A program made the position numbers and the translations under genes. Shown here piece after piece: positions 40,049 to 52,714 of a stretch of 64,000 nt of DNA (position 1 is its first letter; every line of letters starts with the position of its first letter). Location of the stretch: contig MCFE01000253.1 in NCBI GenBank assembly GCA_002104905.1, forward strand, positions 49,596 to 113,595, read 5' to 3'. The stretch is from Basidiobolus meristosporus CBS 931.73. Its lineage: Eukaryota > Fungi > Basidiobolomycota. The notes under the pieces were generated by a model. It was not told the origin of the DNA. It did not search any database and saw nothing but the letters and a program-made list of their open reading frames with translations.

Positions 40049-40617
40049 CTGGAATACGTTCAGTAAGTTCTCACAATCAACTAAAGTTGTGTCGAGTTGG
40101 ATGGATGCAAAGAAAAAGTGGATTTCTTTGAAGAGATTCCAAAAGTGAAAGAGGAAGCCACTGTACTCTTGATCCACTCTATATTTGCTCACCAACCGTC
40201 CCCAAATTTCATTCTATCCAACATATTCTGCCACCCCGTTTTCGGTGATTTCCAACCTGGATCATGTGAGTGGGTGAACAAGGATTAACCCTATGAAAAA
40301 TTGAATGCATTCATGTTTAGCTGCTGGTCAGTTGAGGTTAGGCTAGTTAGCTCTACAAAGAATGCTAAATGCGACGGTTGGACTAGATGTGTCTGGATAC
40401 TGCTAGCCTGGAGCCAACAGTTCATCAAGAACTTGCCATCGTATGTACTTCCTGAATGTCCAATGCAATTTTGTGCGCGTGCTTGAAAGGCCGGATGCTC
40501 TCTGCAGCTACTGACCGAATCTTACCTCTGTGATCTACGGCCCTCCCTCTTTATTAGTCCCTATCCAGACTCCCCTTTCCATTTGCTTCGATCTTTGTGG
40601 AATAGCTACACAAACAA

Positions 40618-42991
40618 ATGTCGTTAGATGAACTTCGCCCCTTGGGCATTCAGTGCGAGTTTCCAAAAGACGACTTCTACATAGGCACACCACCAACTGG
40701 GCGAAATGATACCAGAGAAGGCCCCTCTGCCTCGAATCGAATTAGCCAATCTACCATCGCACGTTCAGCTAGAATCGGATCATCACCACAATTGAACGGC
40801 CTGGAAACGACTAAGGAAACCGAGAGGGATCCTTCAGGCCAAGTGCGTCAGGTCTCGAAATGCCACTCACTAGAAAGGATCAGCAAAGCCTCGCATGCCA
40901 GTCCCGTACCCATACGCAGATCAAGTAAACCCGAAATGGCGTCGAATCTTACCAAGACAAATCACCCTGGTGTCGACGCGGTCGGCTGCCTGATTACTCA
41001 AGTCGACGCTCTTGATCTGACGCCAAGTGCAGAAGATTCGGAAGCTACCACAAAGAAAAATCCCGCGAGCCCTGATAGTATGCTTGGGTCAGAAGAGGAC
41101 CCTTTCACCACTGATACAGAGTCAGTGGAGAGCGAAAAGGCTCCAATGACCCCTTGCTTCATCGAACATGATAGTCTTTTCAAGAGCAACTGGGCTACCG
41201 ATAACAACGCCAATTGTACTGATGATGGAGATTTCTGGGTCTCAATAGTGGAGAATTACTCTTATAATGCATCCAAAGTGTTGCATCAGTATGTAGTTCA
41301 AGCTCAGCAGGGAATTCCTCAACGACTTCGCGGGGTCTTATGGCAGACCATGTGCCATGGGCGTTCGACCTATCTCGAGACTATGTACAACCAGTTGCTG
41401 CACGAGCCCAGCCCCTACGAAAGAATAATAATAAGGGATCTACCAAGGACATTCCCAAAGCTGGACATGTTCAAAGACCAAGGCGGGGTAGGCCAAACAA
41501 GGCTCTTTAACGTCATGAAGGCGTATGCAATATACGATGACGGGGTCGGCTACTGTCAAGGGATGGGGTTTCTGGTAGGGCCTCTGCTTATGAATATGCC
41601 AGAGCGCGAAGCATTTTGTGTATTTGTGAGGTATGGAAACATTGTGTAGTCGAATGCCGCTATTTCCTTGGCTTAATCTTCTGGAAATAGATTGATGGAA
41701 GACTACGGTATGAGATCCATGTTTACCAGAGAAGATGGAAGGCTTAGAGTTAAGGCTTTATCAGTTGAACTCTCTACTCTCGTCAATTCTTCCGGACCTC
41801 TCTCGACATTTTCACGAGCACGGGATAAATACAGGGATGTTCGCTTCTCAATGGTTTCTGACTTTGTTCGCCTACAGCTACCCATTACCATTGGTGTTGC
41901 GTATTTTCGATATTGTCTTCGCTGAAGGAGCCGCGGAGACAATAATGCGCGTTTCATTGGCATTGCTCAGGCGTAGCCAAGAGAAACTGCTAAGCATGAG
42001 TGAATTTGAAGACATCATTGGATTCCTGAGCTTGCATTTGTACGATTCTTTCGACAATCCAACCGAATTGATCCAAGATGCAATGTCTTTAAAACAAACC
42101 ATTACAAAGCAGAGGTTGGAGTCCTTAGCACAGAAATACTCCTTTGAAGGAGACGCCAATCGCAAATCGGCGAAAAAATCAATGCTAGGCTGGAGGTGGA
42201 TGCTGAAGGAGCAGAGAGTAAAGATGAGTTCTCCTGCGTCATCACGTCCTGCTGGCAGTATAGAAAATATGCCAACCGACGCGGCTACCAACCCTACCTC
42301 TGAGCCGAATGCATGAAATTGGAACTACACAATCTAAGGGTGACTGCTGAGACATACACCACAGTCCTAGGGCAATTGCGCGAGGATAATACACAATTAA
42401 CATGCAGAGTTGATTTCGATCAAAGCATCAAAGTTTTGCATAGAGGAAGAGAACGAGGAGCTACGCGGGCATCTTCAAGGCATGGAAACATCTAAAAAAC
42501 GAGAGCTTGAGGAAAAGAAACAAAAAGACGATGTGATAGCCAATTTAGAGCAAGAGCTTGTGGCAGCCAAGCTTGCCCTGGCAGAGGCAGCGTCCGAAAA
42601 AGAGAAGCTGAAGAAAAAACTACGTGGCTTAAGGAGATCGACCGTGGAGTTGGGAGCGCTTCAAAGGCATTCTGATAATATCACAGTCCCATCCCAAGCC
42701 ATATCAAAAGAACAGTTTTTCTCCAGAGGGACGAAAAGTCTGGAACAGACTGCGCCTATGCGACGAAGTCTCGACGGCCAGGGTTGGTCACTGCCAAGCC
42801 CCACTAACCCACATTCCATCACAAATATCTCACACCCGTCCTATGCAATCTCTTCAGAACAGAATTCCTTCACCTCTAGACTGACTGGGTATTTACCTAC
42901 CATTAGGAAGGCAAAAAGAAGCTCCTTGTCGGCTAATTACTCCTATTCGTCGATATTTGAGGAGGAATATCCGCCTTGGAAAGGCATTTAG
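40618..42991 (+). CDS. Rab-GAP TBC domain plus coiled coil (GYP5/EVI5-like), with apparent frameshifts
   Basis: GIPQRLRGVLW, IIRDLPRTFP, VGYCQGMGF, FASQWFLTLF. Frame breaks near 41727, ~42310 and ~42400. Confidence 0.88.
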
Positions 42992-43417
42992 ACAAATAAG
43001 CACAAAAGAGACGCGAGGGGCTCAGCTTGTGTCCTAGTTGGGAATTGAAGCTCGCAGAGTTTGTGAAAAATCCGCAACTGCTATCCGTCCACCTCACTTC
43101 AAAACTATTTTCATACCTCGCTAAAGAGTTTTACCTTCACTCTAGTATATGCTCAAACATATTTTCATTTGCAACTCACAATAATCCCTATAGATGGCTC
43201 ACCAAAAGGCCTAGCAAACTGTAGGTGTTGACTGTTAAGAACCGATTCAATTCAATAACATACCAGCTACTCAATTCATTATTCAAACTTTAGAGTAGAT
43301 GCATGAATGATTAAATAATATACATCACATCAGCATATATACATAAATTCGTATGGATGATGATTCGTTCACACAGAATGCCAGAACACTACGTCCTCCT
43401 CATCTTTACTCTCCTTC

Positions 43418-44178
43418 ATGAGCTCAAATATCAAGCTGTCACAAACACCTGTAAATATGTCTGATCATGCTCAATTGGACAACGTCAAGTTAGATGTTGG
43501 AAAGGAATTTGATAAAGGAGTCCCCTTACTCAAAGAAGGGTTTATATATCACTTCGCGTCGTTGTTTGAGGAAATAGAAAAGGAATTGAGAGAACTTGAG
43601 TAAATATATCGTAGCGGTCTCTTCAAAGATATCGAAGGATCGACAAGAGACCATCTCTTCGGCACCCAGGAAGGTACTAAATGAACTTTGTTGCTTTCAG
43701 AGAATCACAGGCTCTAACGGCGGCAGAAATTCAACGAGCTCAAGAGGCATTACCGGCTCAGGAAGACTTGGATAAATACGCGGCCACGGTAGGCTGCCAC
43801 CATTGTCTGCTCAGCTCTTTCTGTAGTAAACTCAAGCTTTTTTCTCCACAGTTTAGGAAGCTCCCGATATATCAAGCAAAATTAGCTAGTATACGAAACA
43901 CCATGTTAACCTTACTCCCACGCTCACGTCAACTCAAGCAAAAAGCCTCTACGTTGCTCGATGCGAAGTCTCAGTACGAGGAGAATATGGCAGAAACTCT
44001 CCGGAAGGAAAAAGAACTGGATCAACTTATCGCAGCCAAATCCACCACCACTGAAGTGAAGGTGCTTTCCAAGGCTAAGAAGTCACGCACGAAAATCAAG
44101 TCATCGAAGAGGAGAGAAAAGGACAAGGACAAGGACAGAGCTAGTACCACCTCCAAGAATTCGGGAGAGAGCGTGTGA
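43418..44178 (+). CDS. BLOC1S6: BLOC-1 subunit, pallidin-like, two introns
   Basis: EGFIYHF...ELE|ESQ...YQAKLASIRNTMLTL...LKQKASTL resembles pallidin (YHAKLVNIRKEML...LKKRALKL). Confidence 0.65.
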
Positions 44179-44621
44179 GCCATCTCAACCCGCACCTCGC
44201 AACAATGTCGCAACAATTTTGTAACATTCCTCGAGGTCGTTGCTATCAGTAATAAACCAGCAACACTTCGCTTATCAATTCGGATAAATCCAAATCGAAT
44301 TGCACTTGATTTTGTGAGACAAATATCTAGGGACCTCCATGCACCAATCAGGGGCTGATGGTCGTTGTTCAGGTGTTACGAAAATGCGATCCAATACAGA
44401 TTGGTATGCAACAGCCAACATTATGCGGTATTGGGCTGGAATAATCATGGCGTAATATTATTTGAGCACGGCTGATCAATAAGTACAAATGTTCAAGGTG
44501 AACTATTCATTGGCGAATAACCAATAATTAACAAAGGGGCTTTGGGCAGGGGAGTATAGCTAGTAAAAGAGCGGCGAGAACCGGCTTCTCTTCAAGAGGT
44601 TCTTTTCTCTTACACTTGATC

Positions 44622-46410
44622 ATGTTTGGAAAATTAGGCGCTGCATTAGAGGGAAAACTCAAGGAGAAAGCTACTCAGTTCGTTCAAGAGCAGAGTCCAG
44701 CAATTCCTGGGTGGTAATAAGCAGGAGGCTCAGCAGCCACAACATAATAACCAAAATTACCAACAACCTCAAGGCTCGCAGCAGGGACAGCAATACAACC
44801 AAGGTCAACAGCAATACAACCAAGGTCAACAGCAATACAACCAGGGCCAACAGCAATACAACCAAGGGCAACAGCAGCAATACAACCAAGGTCAACAGCA
44901 ATACAACCAGGGCCAACAGCAATACAACCAGGGCCAACAGCAATACAACCAAGGGCAACAGCAGCAATACAACCAGGGCCAACAGCAGCAATACAACCAA
45001 GGCCAGCAGCAATACAACCAGGGTCAACCCACTCCATTAAATGATGGACAAGGCCACTCAATCGCGCCTATGAACACTAGCTTTGTTCAAGGTGGCCATC
45101 AGGGTGGAGCGTACGTGGGCCAAGTCAACGGCGAAAATGTCTCCGTTTCTGATTGCCGGTAAATACGTCAGCCATCCTTCACCACGTTCTTTGCTAACCC
45201 CGAAAACAGTGGTCGTAAAAAGGCGTTGTTCATCGGCATCAACTATTTCGGAAGCGGATCCGAGTTACGTGGGTGCATCAATGATGTTCACAACGTCAAA
45301 AATTTCGTCTTCAGTCGATACGGGTTCAGCGAGCAAAACAGCGTCATCCTCACTGACGACCAGCAAGACCCGAGCAAGATCCCCACCCGAGACAACATTA
45401 TTCGAGGATTACGTTGGCTGGTGGAAGGTGCCTCCATGGGCGATTCCCTATTCCTCCACTTTTCCGGTGAGTCCCGTTGACATTCTCTCGCTTTCGAAAT
45501 ATTGGCTAACAATTCGGGATCTGTCAAGGCCACGGTGGATCCATCAAAGACGAAGGTACAGCTACGTGTTGACGAAGAAACGGCAACTGCTTCGCTAATG
45601 CTTCTCCTTTACGAAAGATGGTGATGAAGTAGATGGCCATGATGAAACCATTTATCCAGTCGATCACGAGCGTGCTGGTGTTATCGTAGACGACGTGGGT
45701 GGTTTAACGCATCGTCTTGGGCTTCGTGCATTCCTATTAACCCCTACTCCCCTTAGGAAATCCACGCAATTTGCGTCAAGAATCTGCCATCTGGCGTCCG
45801 GCTGACGGCCATTTTCGATTGCTGCCATAGTGGTACCGTAATGGACTTGCCTTTCACATACAAGTGCGACGGTGAAATCGAAGTCATCTGCGAAGACCAT
45901 CGTAAGGAGGCTGCCATGGCACTCTTGAAGGCCGGTTTATCCTATAGCCGAGGTTAGTACATTCCCCACGATCAATGGCTCTAGACAGAAAATTAACCTA
46001 GGCGCAGGTGATAAAATGGGGGCCTTGGGACTCGTCAAGGAAGGCGTCTCCTTCCTTTTCAAGCCACCTGCCAACGCAGAGGCCCAGAAGAAGGCGGAGC
46101 AGGAGAAGAAGTCCAACGCTGATGTTATCCAGTTCTCCGGGTGTCGTGACAGCCAGGTAAGATGATTTGGAGCGATTTCAGTGAGGGATGGTGCTGACAG
46201 GACTTGTAGACCTCGGCAGATGCGATTATCGACAGTAAAGCAACAGGGGCTATGAGCCATGCATTGATTACTGCTTTGTCCCAGAACTCCAACCTGACCT
46301 ACACTCAATTGCTGCAGCAGCTCCGTGACATCCTCAAGGGGAAGTATTCTCAAATCCCACAGATGTCCACCGGAAGGCCCATGGACATGAACACTTTATT
46401 TACCATGTAA
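44622..46410 (+). CDS. MCA1: Type I metacaspase with Q/N-rich prodomain; +1 frameshift near 44694
   Basis: GRKKALFIGINY, LRGCINDV, FLHFSG|HG (catalytic His), AIFDCCHSGT (catalytic Cys), QIPQMS. Confidence 0.93.
44788..45027 (+). repeat. Coding minisatellite: 11 x 21/24-bp units encoding (Q)QQYNQGQ
   Basis: CAGCAATACAACCA(A/G)GG(T/C/G)CAA repeated; TACAAC counted 11 times. Confidence 0.95.
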
Positions 46411-46727
46411 ACCAATCATGTGAACTGGGGAAATCAATAAATGCGATGGTTTGACATGCTATATTTCAATCCCAACACATCACCCAAGTGACACGAGATG
46501 GGTTTTTCTATTTCTGATTACGGAATCCCTGGTCCTCTGGAATCACATGAAACCAACGTTCCAAGTCACACACTCCGAAAGTGCTCTCATTTTTACTAAG
46601 CATATACGCTCAATGGTCGAACTCACATGAATGGGAGTTCACGTGTTGCGAAGATGCTGGATTTCCTATTCACTCTATTTAACTTCGCCCCTTCTCTGCC
46701 ATCTCACTATCCAACCTCTCCTTTGAT

Positions 46728-48008
46728 ATGTCTGACAACGTAGTTCACGCTTTAGCTGGTTAGTACCGGACCCAACCTTGCTGGAGCCTTGCCAACTAAC
46801 TCTTTGCAGGTGCCGGTGGTGGCATTATCTCCATGCTGCTTACCTATCCTTTGGTCAGTATCAGCTCTCGTCTTCAGGTGCAAAAAGACACCACAAGCCC
46901 CGATTCCTATAAGGTAATCCGTTTCTCCTCTGTGCTTTTCGGTAGCTTCTACTTACCGTTTGCTCTACCAATAACCCTTCAAGGACGGCGTGGATGCTTT
47001 CCAAAAAATTCTGAACAAGGAGGGTGTCCCTGGACTCTACTCGTAAGTTTCCCACCTGTGTCTACTTTCTTGGGGGCATTTACCGAACAGCAGGTTTGCG
47101 CTTCTCCAGTGGCTTGAACTCGGCACTCTTCGGCATCGCCGTCACAAATGGTAAGGCCTTTTGGGCTGCTTTATCTGGAAGTATACAAACCCTGACCTAT
47201 TCCTGGTCTGCTCAGGTGTCTATTACTTTTTCTATGAGTGGACCAAATCCACTTTCGAGAAATCCTCCAAGAGCAAGGCCTTAAGCACCGGGCAAAGCAT
47301 GATTGCCGGTGCCATCGCTGGTGAGTAATTGATGAGCATATAGGGTCCATTGGTATTCTGGATATTCACAAACGGGAATTATTAGGTGCTGCTACTTGTA
47401 TTACTACCAATCCTATTTGGGTGGTGAATGTAGGCGCTTTACTAAAAATATCTATTCAAGACCTTTGCTCATCAGTTCCCCCTCAATAGACCCGTTTAAC
47501 AACCAAGAAGTCATTCACCGAGGGTGAAGGTGAAGCTCAGCCAATAGGGGCCCTTGGGACGTTGATCCGCATTATCCAAGAAGATGGTGTTGCCTCGTTG
47601 TGGCAAGGCCTCGTCCCAGCCCTCTATCTTGTGGTCAACCCAGTGATCCAATATACCGCTTTTGAGCAGGCCAAAAACTGGCTCGCCAAGCGCAAGGGCA
47701 AGTTGGGAAATGCCGACTTCTTCCTTCTGGGAGCCTTTAGTAAGCTTATTGCCACCAGTCTCACATATCCATACATTGTCATCAAATCCCGGATGCAATT
47801 GAAGCAGTCCAGTGATGAATCCCAACGCTACAAGTCTGTCTTGGATGGCTTCCGAAAGGTATTGAAGCACGAAGGAGTTGCTGGACTCTACAAAGGCTTG
47901 TACTACAAGTTGGTGCAAAGTGTACTTACCGCGGCCTTCCTTTTCATGGCCAAGGAATCCCTCTTCAAGTATACTTTAAGACTCCTTATGTTGGCCAAGA
48001 TGAAATAA
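46728..48008 (+). CDS. PMP47/SLC25A17: Peroxisomal mitochondrial-carrier-family transporter, multi-exon
   Basis: MSDNVVHALAG|AGGGIISMLLTYPL; TNPIWVVN|TR; LVVNPVIQYTAFEQ; TYPYIVIKSRMQ. Confidence 0.9.
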
Positions 48009-48367
48009 GTTAGATTGTACTCGCTATTGACATTAAACAAATAAGATATTAGTTAAGCAGTCATGGGATTTTCGGTTTAGCGACGTGATTATCTATGTAG
48101 ATAAGGGGGATAATGTGGGTCAAGCGTGGACATGGGCATGGGCATCCGGAATTTGGATTTGGCGGAAGGGAGATCTACATGACTTTGCTGAGGATTGAAA
48201 TAATACTGCTGATGCCCATATTATTGGATTGACACTCGTATCATTCGGTGTGGCATTTTGCACGCAAGCATATTCTTGATATTTCTTACCTACGAGGGAC
48301 CCACACCACACCTCACCTCACTTCTAGCTCACCTCTGCTCTCAATCTCACTGGGATAATATCTCATC

Positions 48368-51300
48368 ATGACCGAAGGTGCCCTGTCCGTGAATGAATCT
48401 GTTGTTTCTGGTGGAGGTATGTGCAAGCGTGGCGCGGGCGAGCGCACATTCACTAAAGCCCATTTTAGAGGAACTCTCCGAAAGATACCAAAAGCTCTTT
48501 CGTGAGTACTCAAGGTTTGAGGATTACGGCTTCTGGGAGCCTTCCATACTTCCCGACTGACCCAATCTAACTCGCCCTCTGCTGCAGAATAAAGGCCCAA
48601 CACTCGGTGCTGAAGAAAGCCATCCTCAAGGTACTCCTCTCCCCGTTCCCTCTTGCTCGTCAGGGAGGACTATGGCTGCGTGCACACCCGTGTGGTTCCC
48701 CGTTTAACCCCCTGTCCTTTAGGAACAAACCCAGAATTCCGAATTGTCCACCGAGAACAAGTCCAAGGAACAAGAGCTTCGCAAAGTATACTCACCCACG
48801 GCGACTTTTTTCTTCGCTCCCCGGCTTACTTGCTCACCGGAACCACTTGATAGGTCTTACAGCAGCTGGACACCTTGAATTTCCATAACCAACGGCTCAC
48901 CAAACGCGTAGAGGATTTGCAGCGGAACGGGTCCCCGGTACGGCATCTAGTCTACATCGATTCTCGCCCCAAACGAACCCGTTTCCTCTTCTCGTCCTTT
49001 CTCATCGCTTTATGTTCAGAAATTAGGGGGACAATGGTTACTGCGGGCCTCTGCCAAGAAGGAGCTGGAAAAGCAAAGGATCACCCTAGAGGCGACGACA
49101 TTGGATTTACAAGGGAAAATCGAGGAGAATGGTATGCGCGGGTTCGGTATAGATCCACCAACAAACCGACCAGGCTAAAGAGTTCATCAAATCGTAGAAA
49201 ATCTGCACAAGGAGGTGTATGAGATCCATAGCCTGTATACCGAGCAGTTGAATGTGTATCAGAAGAAGGTGGATGAGTTGGAGAATGAGAAGAACCTTTT
49301 GAATGTATGTTGCGGCGGCATTATCGGGTGAAGTATGTACTGATCAATGGATCCCAGGAGGAGCTGGTCAAATGCCAAATGGTGAACGAGAATTCGGCCC
49401 AAGCCCTGAGAAGTCAGAAGAAGGACGCCGAGCTGGAGATCAAAAAGATCCGCGAGGACCTGAACAAGTAACTGTTGAGCCATTCCTCCTCTATTCGTAA
49501 ATCGGCAGGCGTTGATTTGTTTATCGACAGAACAAAAGAGAGCCTGGCCGGCCTTCGGGAGAACATAGCGGAGAAGTCGAAGCTACAGGCGGAGGAGGTT
49601 GCGGTCGTTAAGCGACTATCCACATCTCTGCACCATTACGATCAGCTCTATGAAAGACTATTTGCACATGATCCCAAGGTACCGATTCACATAACCGCGG
49701 GGCTGTCTGAATGCTAACACCTCTTTAGTCTGGCTGTAGAGCGATCTTCAACCAGTGCTCTGATCTATGGTCAGACCTGATCAAAAACGCACAGCTCGTC
49801 GAGGTTCCCCGTGATCTACAATATCTCCTGGTGAGTAGTGTTTGACCCTAGCCCTAGCTCCAGCTCTAACGTATTGGCTCAGAACTTTGAGACCTCGTCG
49901 TTTGAGGAATATCTGATTAACGAGCACCTCCCGGTTGGCCATGGGAAGGGCACAGATGTAAGTATCGATCTTGGTTTCTCCGAGGAAGACGTTAGAGACT
50001 AACGTTGGCTTAGGAGAATATCGTGGTCGCAGTCCAGGCTGTACTCTCCATATATGATAGACTGTTGCAAGTTGCGTGCGAGAAGTAAGTAAGCTCATGA
50101 TGGCCCCTGTTTACCATGGCTAATCCGTGATTAGTTTACCAGACGCGACTCACCTTCACAACCGGAATGGTAAGCTGGAAAAGGTCCCGTTGAGCGAGAG
50201 CTTTTCGGAGTTCGTCGCGGAGTTCTTCACACAAGGTATGCGTATATGTCGACTAACCGGTAGACTTGTTCTGACTACACGCACAATTCCAGCCGCGGTG
50301 CCACTCGACGACAAGGCTCGGGAGAGCTTGCTTGACAAACTGGCCGCAGTTCGCATCGGGATCAAGAGTAAGAGAGGTGCCATTCTTTCGGGTGAATTTC
50401 AACTAAACCACCCCTTTGTAGGTTACATTCAAGTCAGCACAGCGGACTCTACACATCACGTGCTCTTGAGCTCCTTAAATGAATGCAGCGGTAAGAGCGC
50501 AAAGGATTTTGTGGAGATTTGACTCTCATCTATCTTCCGTGTAGACCAGCTAAGCGGAGCCATTCAGAGCGTATTGTTGACAAATCCCGACCGAGTTGGT
50601 TCGGAGGAGACGGTAAGGCAGAGACGAGTGAGAGGAGGTTTATGCGAGCTACGGTTAACATCACTTCACGATCTCAGATACCTGACTCCAGCCAGAATGT
50701 CTGGAAGGGAATCGAGGACGCATTCCAGGAGAGCCTATCCTATCAACAGACCCTGGTGTCGAGATTGGCCGTCCTTCAAAGTAGAACTTGAGATCCAAGT
50801 CTCCCCGCATGGTCCCATTTTAAACAGATTTGAGTTTAGGAGAAAGCTCAAACCTCATCCGGTCCAATGCTGACCTGCGTTCTCGTCACGAAGAGTTGCA
50901 ACGGGAATCGGCCGCGCAAAAAGATAGAGCCTCGCAGCTAGAATCGGAGGTGAACAGCCTCAAGGCAATGATCGCTGAGCGCGAGGTAACTCTAATGGCC
51001 TGGACACTAGCCGCAACCACCATCTGATGCTTCTCGTCTACAGAGTCCCGAGGTTCTCGACCAGGTGGAGGACCCAGAAGCGCAAGTCGAGAGAGTCACT
51101 GCCGAGGCGTCCACACAGACAACAGAGGTATTTGAGGTGGTGCAGTCTCAGGCACCAGTTGCCAATGGGGTTGTATCGTCTGGCGATGAGGCTTCGGTGG
51201 TATCCCCTTCAGGACAAGTAATACCAGGTTACTTACGCAGTGACACATGCCGTGGATTCATTTGTTATGGTTACAGAGCGAGCCCGAGGAAGACTTGACG

Positions 51301-51892
51301 GATAACAAGGCGATCAACGGATCGTCGTTGTCATCACCTAATCAGCTGGTAGGTTACGGGAGGCACACTTCATGAAGGTTATCATACTCACAGGGGGGGG
51401 TTCTAGGATCCAGATCAAATGACTAGAGAAGATCTCATCAAGCGGCATTATGAGGGCAAATTGGCACAGCTGCTAGAACGGGTGAGTTTTGTAAATATTG
51501 GCCAATCCGACGGCACCCACTAACACGAACTTGCGGGATAGTCACAAGAGGCAGACAGCCAAGCCCAGCGAATGCGCAAGGTGTGTCAAAACTTGGTTCA
51601 GAAGCTGGAAGCCTCCGAGGTGGAGAAGAAAACCATACAAAAGCAACTTGACGAGGCTAAGCAGCATGTCACAAGAATCCAGGTACATACACGACCCATT
51701 GATGAAATCCGACGAGTAGCCATAAACTCACGTGTTGTTAGGACGAGCTTCGTACCACCGAGGAGAATTACAAAGCGCAGTTGGACATGATGACCGAGCG
51801 TAAGTGCTTCCCCTGTGTTACCACATTTGGTGATTTGTTGCTTACTGTTTCCTATAGATATTGCACAGCTCACTGCAAGCATTCCACAGTAG
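48368..51892 (+). CDS. PPP1R21: PPP1R21-like coiled-coil protein (KLRAQ and TTKRSYEDQ motifs), multi-exon
   Basis: RYQKLFREYSR|IKAQHSVLKKA; LDTLNFHNQRLTKRVEDLQ; REDLIKRHYEGK; DELRTTEENYKAQLDMMTE. Confidence 0.8.
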
Positions 51893-52055
51893 CTTCATTA
51901 ATTTCCCAATTTTGAGTGTATTCCCTCTATATCAAGCTTTCCAAAATAAATTACCATTGTACTAAATATAGCATTTTGCAGTTTCAAGGGTGTGATAACT
52001 CTTTTTGGGCCTTTTCAAGCAAATTTCTGCTGAATTCAAGATACACAGTTAATGC

Positions 52056-52242
52056 TTAGGGGGGGGGTGACATACACCAACAGGTGAAATCTTTGTTTCA
52101 CTAACTCAAAATAAAGAAGCCAAGTGCTACAAGGGTAGCTTTTTTACAAGCAAATACAGAAGGTTCATTTTGGGAAAGCTGATAAGAAAGATCCCTAAAT
52201 TTATGTGGAGTTTAAACAGAGTTGAATGCTACTGGAGGGAAA
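52056..52242 (-). mobile_element. Module E: 3' end of a decayed telomeric LINE (third family)
   Basis: TTAGGGGGGGGG junction plus shared tail (CACC-AACA-GGTGAAATCTTT...AAAGAAGCC). Minus strand encodes PPVAFNSV*TP, similar to the ORF2 C-termini of families A (PPFPLNSVLST) and D (PPKPLNFIFTP). Confidence 0.75.
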
Positions 52243-52354
52243 AGTAGAATATGTGGTTTTCACTTGATGATTTATTGAATGTAAAAGTAGTATTTATACT
52301 TTCACATGGTCTTGGCATAACAAACATGTAGAATAGGCTTAGGAAGGTCCCAAG
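52243..52354 (-). repeat. Internal fragment of the copia LTR
   Basis: Matches the interior of the adjacent LTR; lacks both LTR termini. Confidence 0.85.
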
Positions 52355-52703
52355 TGTTGTAAGAGTCTTGGAGATATTGGAAGTGATTGGGAGAGCAAGT
52401 AGATTATTTGGTTTTCACTTAATGATTTATTGAATGTAAAAGTAGTATTTATACTTTTACCTGGTCTTGGCATTACAAACATGTAGAATAGGTTAAGGAA
52501 GGTCCCAAGAGTACATGTGCAAAGTTTGGGGCTGTTTGGACATCTTTGAGAATTTTCATGTTCTGAGTACCTGGTATTTTGGTGAAAATATTCCAAGTAA
52601 ATCCCAACAAGGAATTTGGTCAGTATTCTCTAGGATTTGAGGGTAATGATCTAAGTGACTAAGTTAGGTCAATATTTAGGTGGAATTACAAATTTTTACA
52701 ACA
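52355..52703 (-). repeat. Ty1/copia 3' LTR (349 bp)
   Basis: TGTTG...CAACA termini; PPT TAAGCGGGAG adjacent on the minus strand; same family as 1181-1528. Confidence 0.93.
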
Positions 52704-52714
52704 CTCCCGCTTAG

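Noticed and set aside
41720-44700. Three +1 frameshifts all lying at CAGAG, suggesting a systematic signal
   Set aside because: The indel positions are not uniquely placeable (adjacent CC or AA runs work equally well) and other CGAG/CAGAG sites are unaffected.
44671-45061. Hydrophobic LVVLLL and GCIAV repeat ORFs, and the + strand NTT-repeat ORF
   Set aside because: These are alternative frames of the metacaspase QQYNQG minisatellite.
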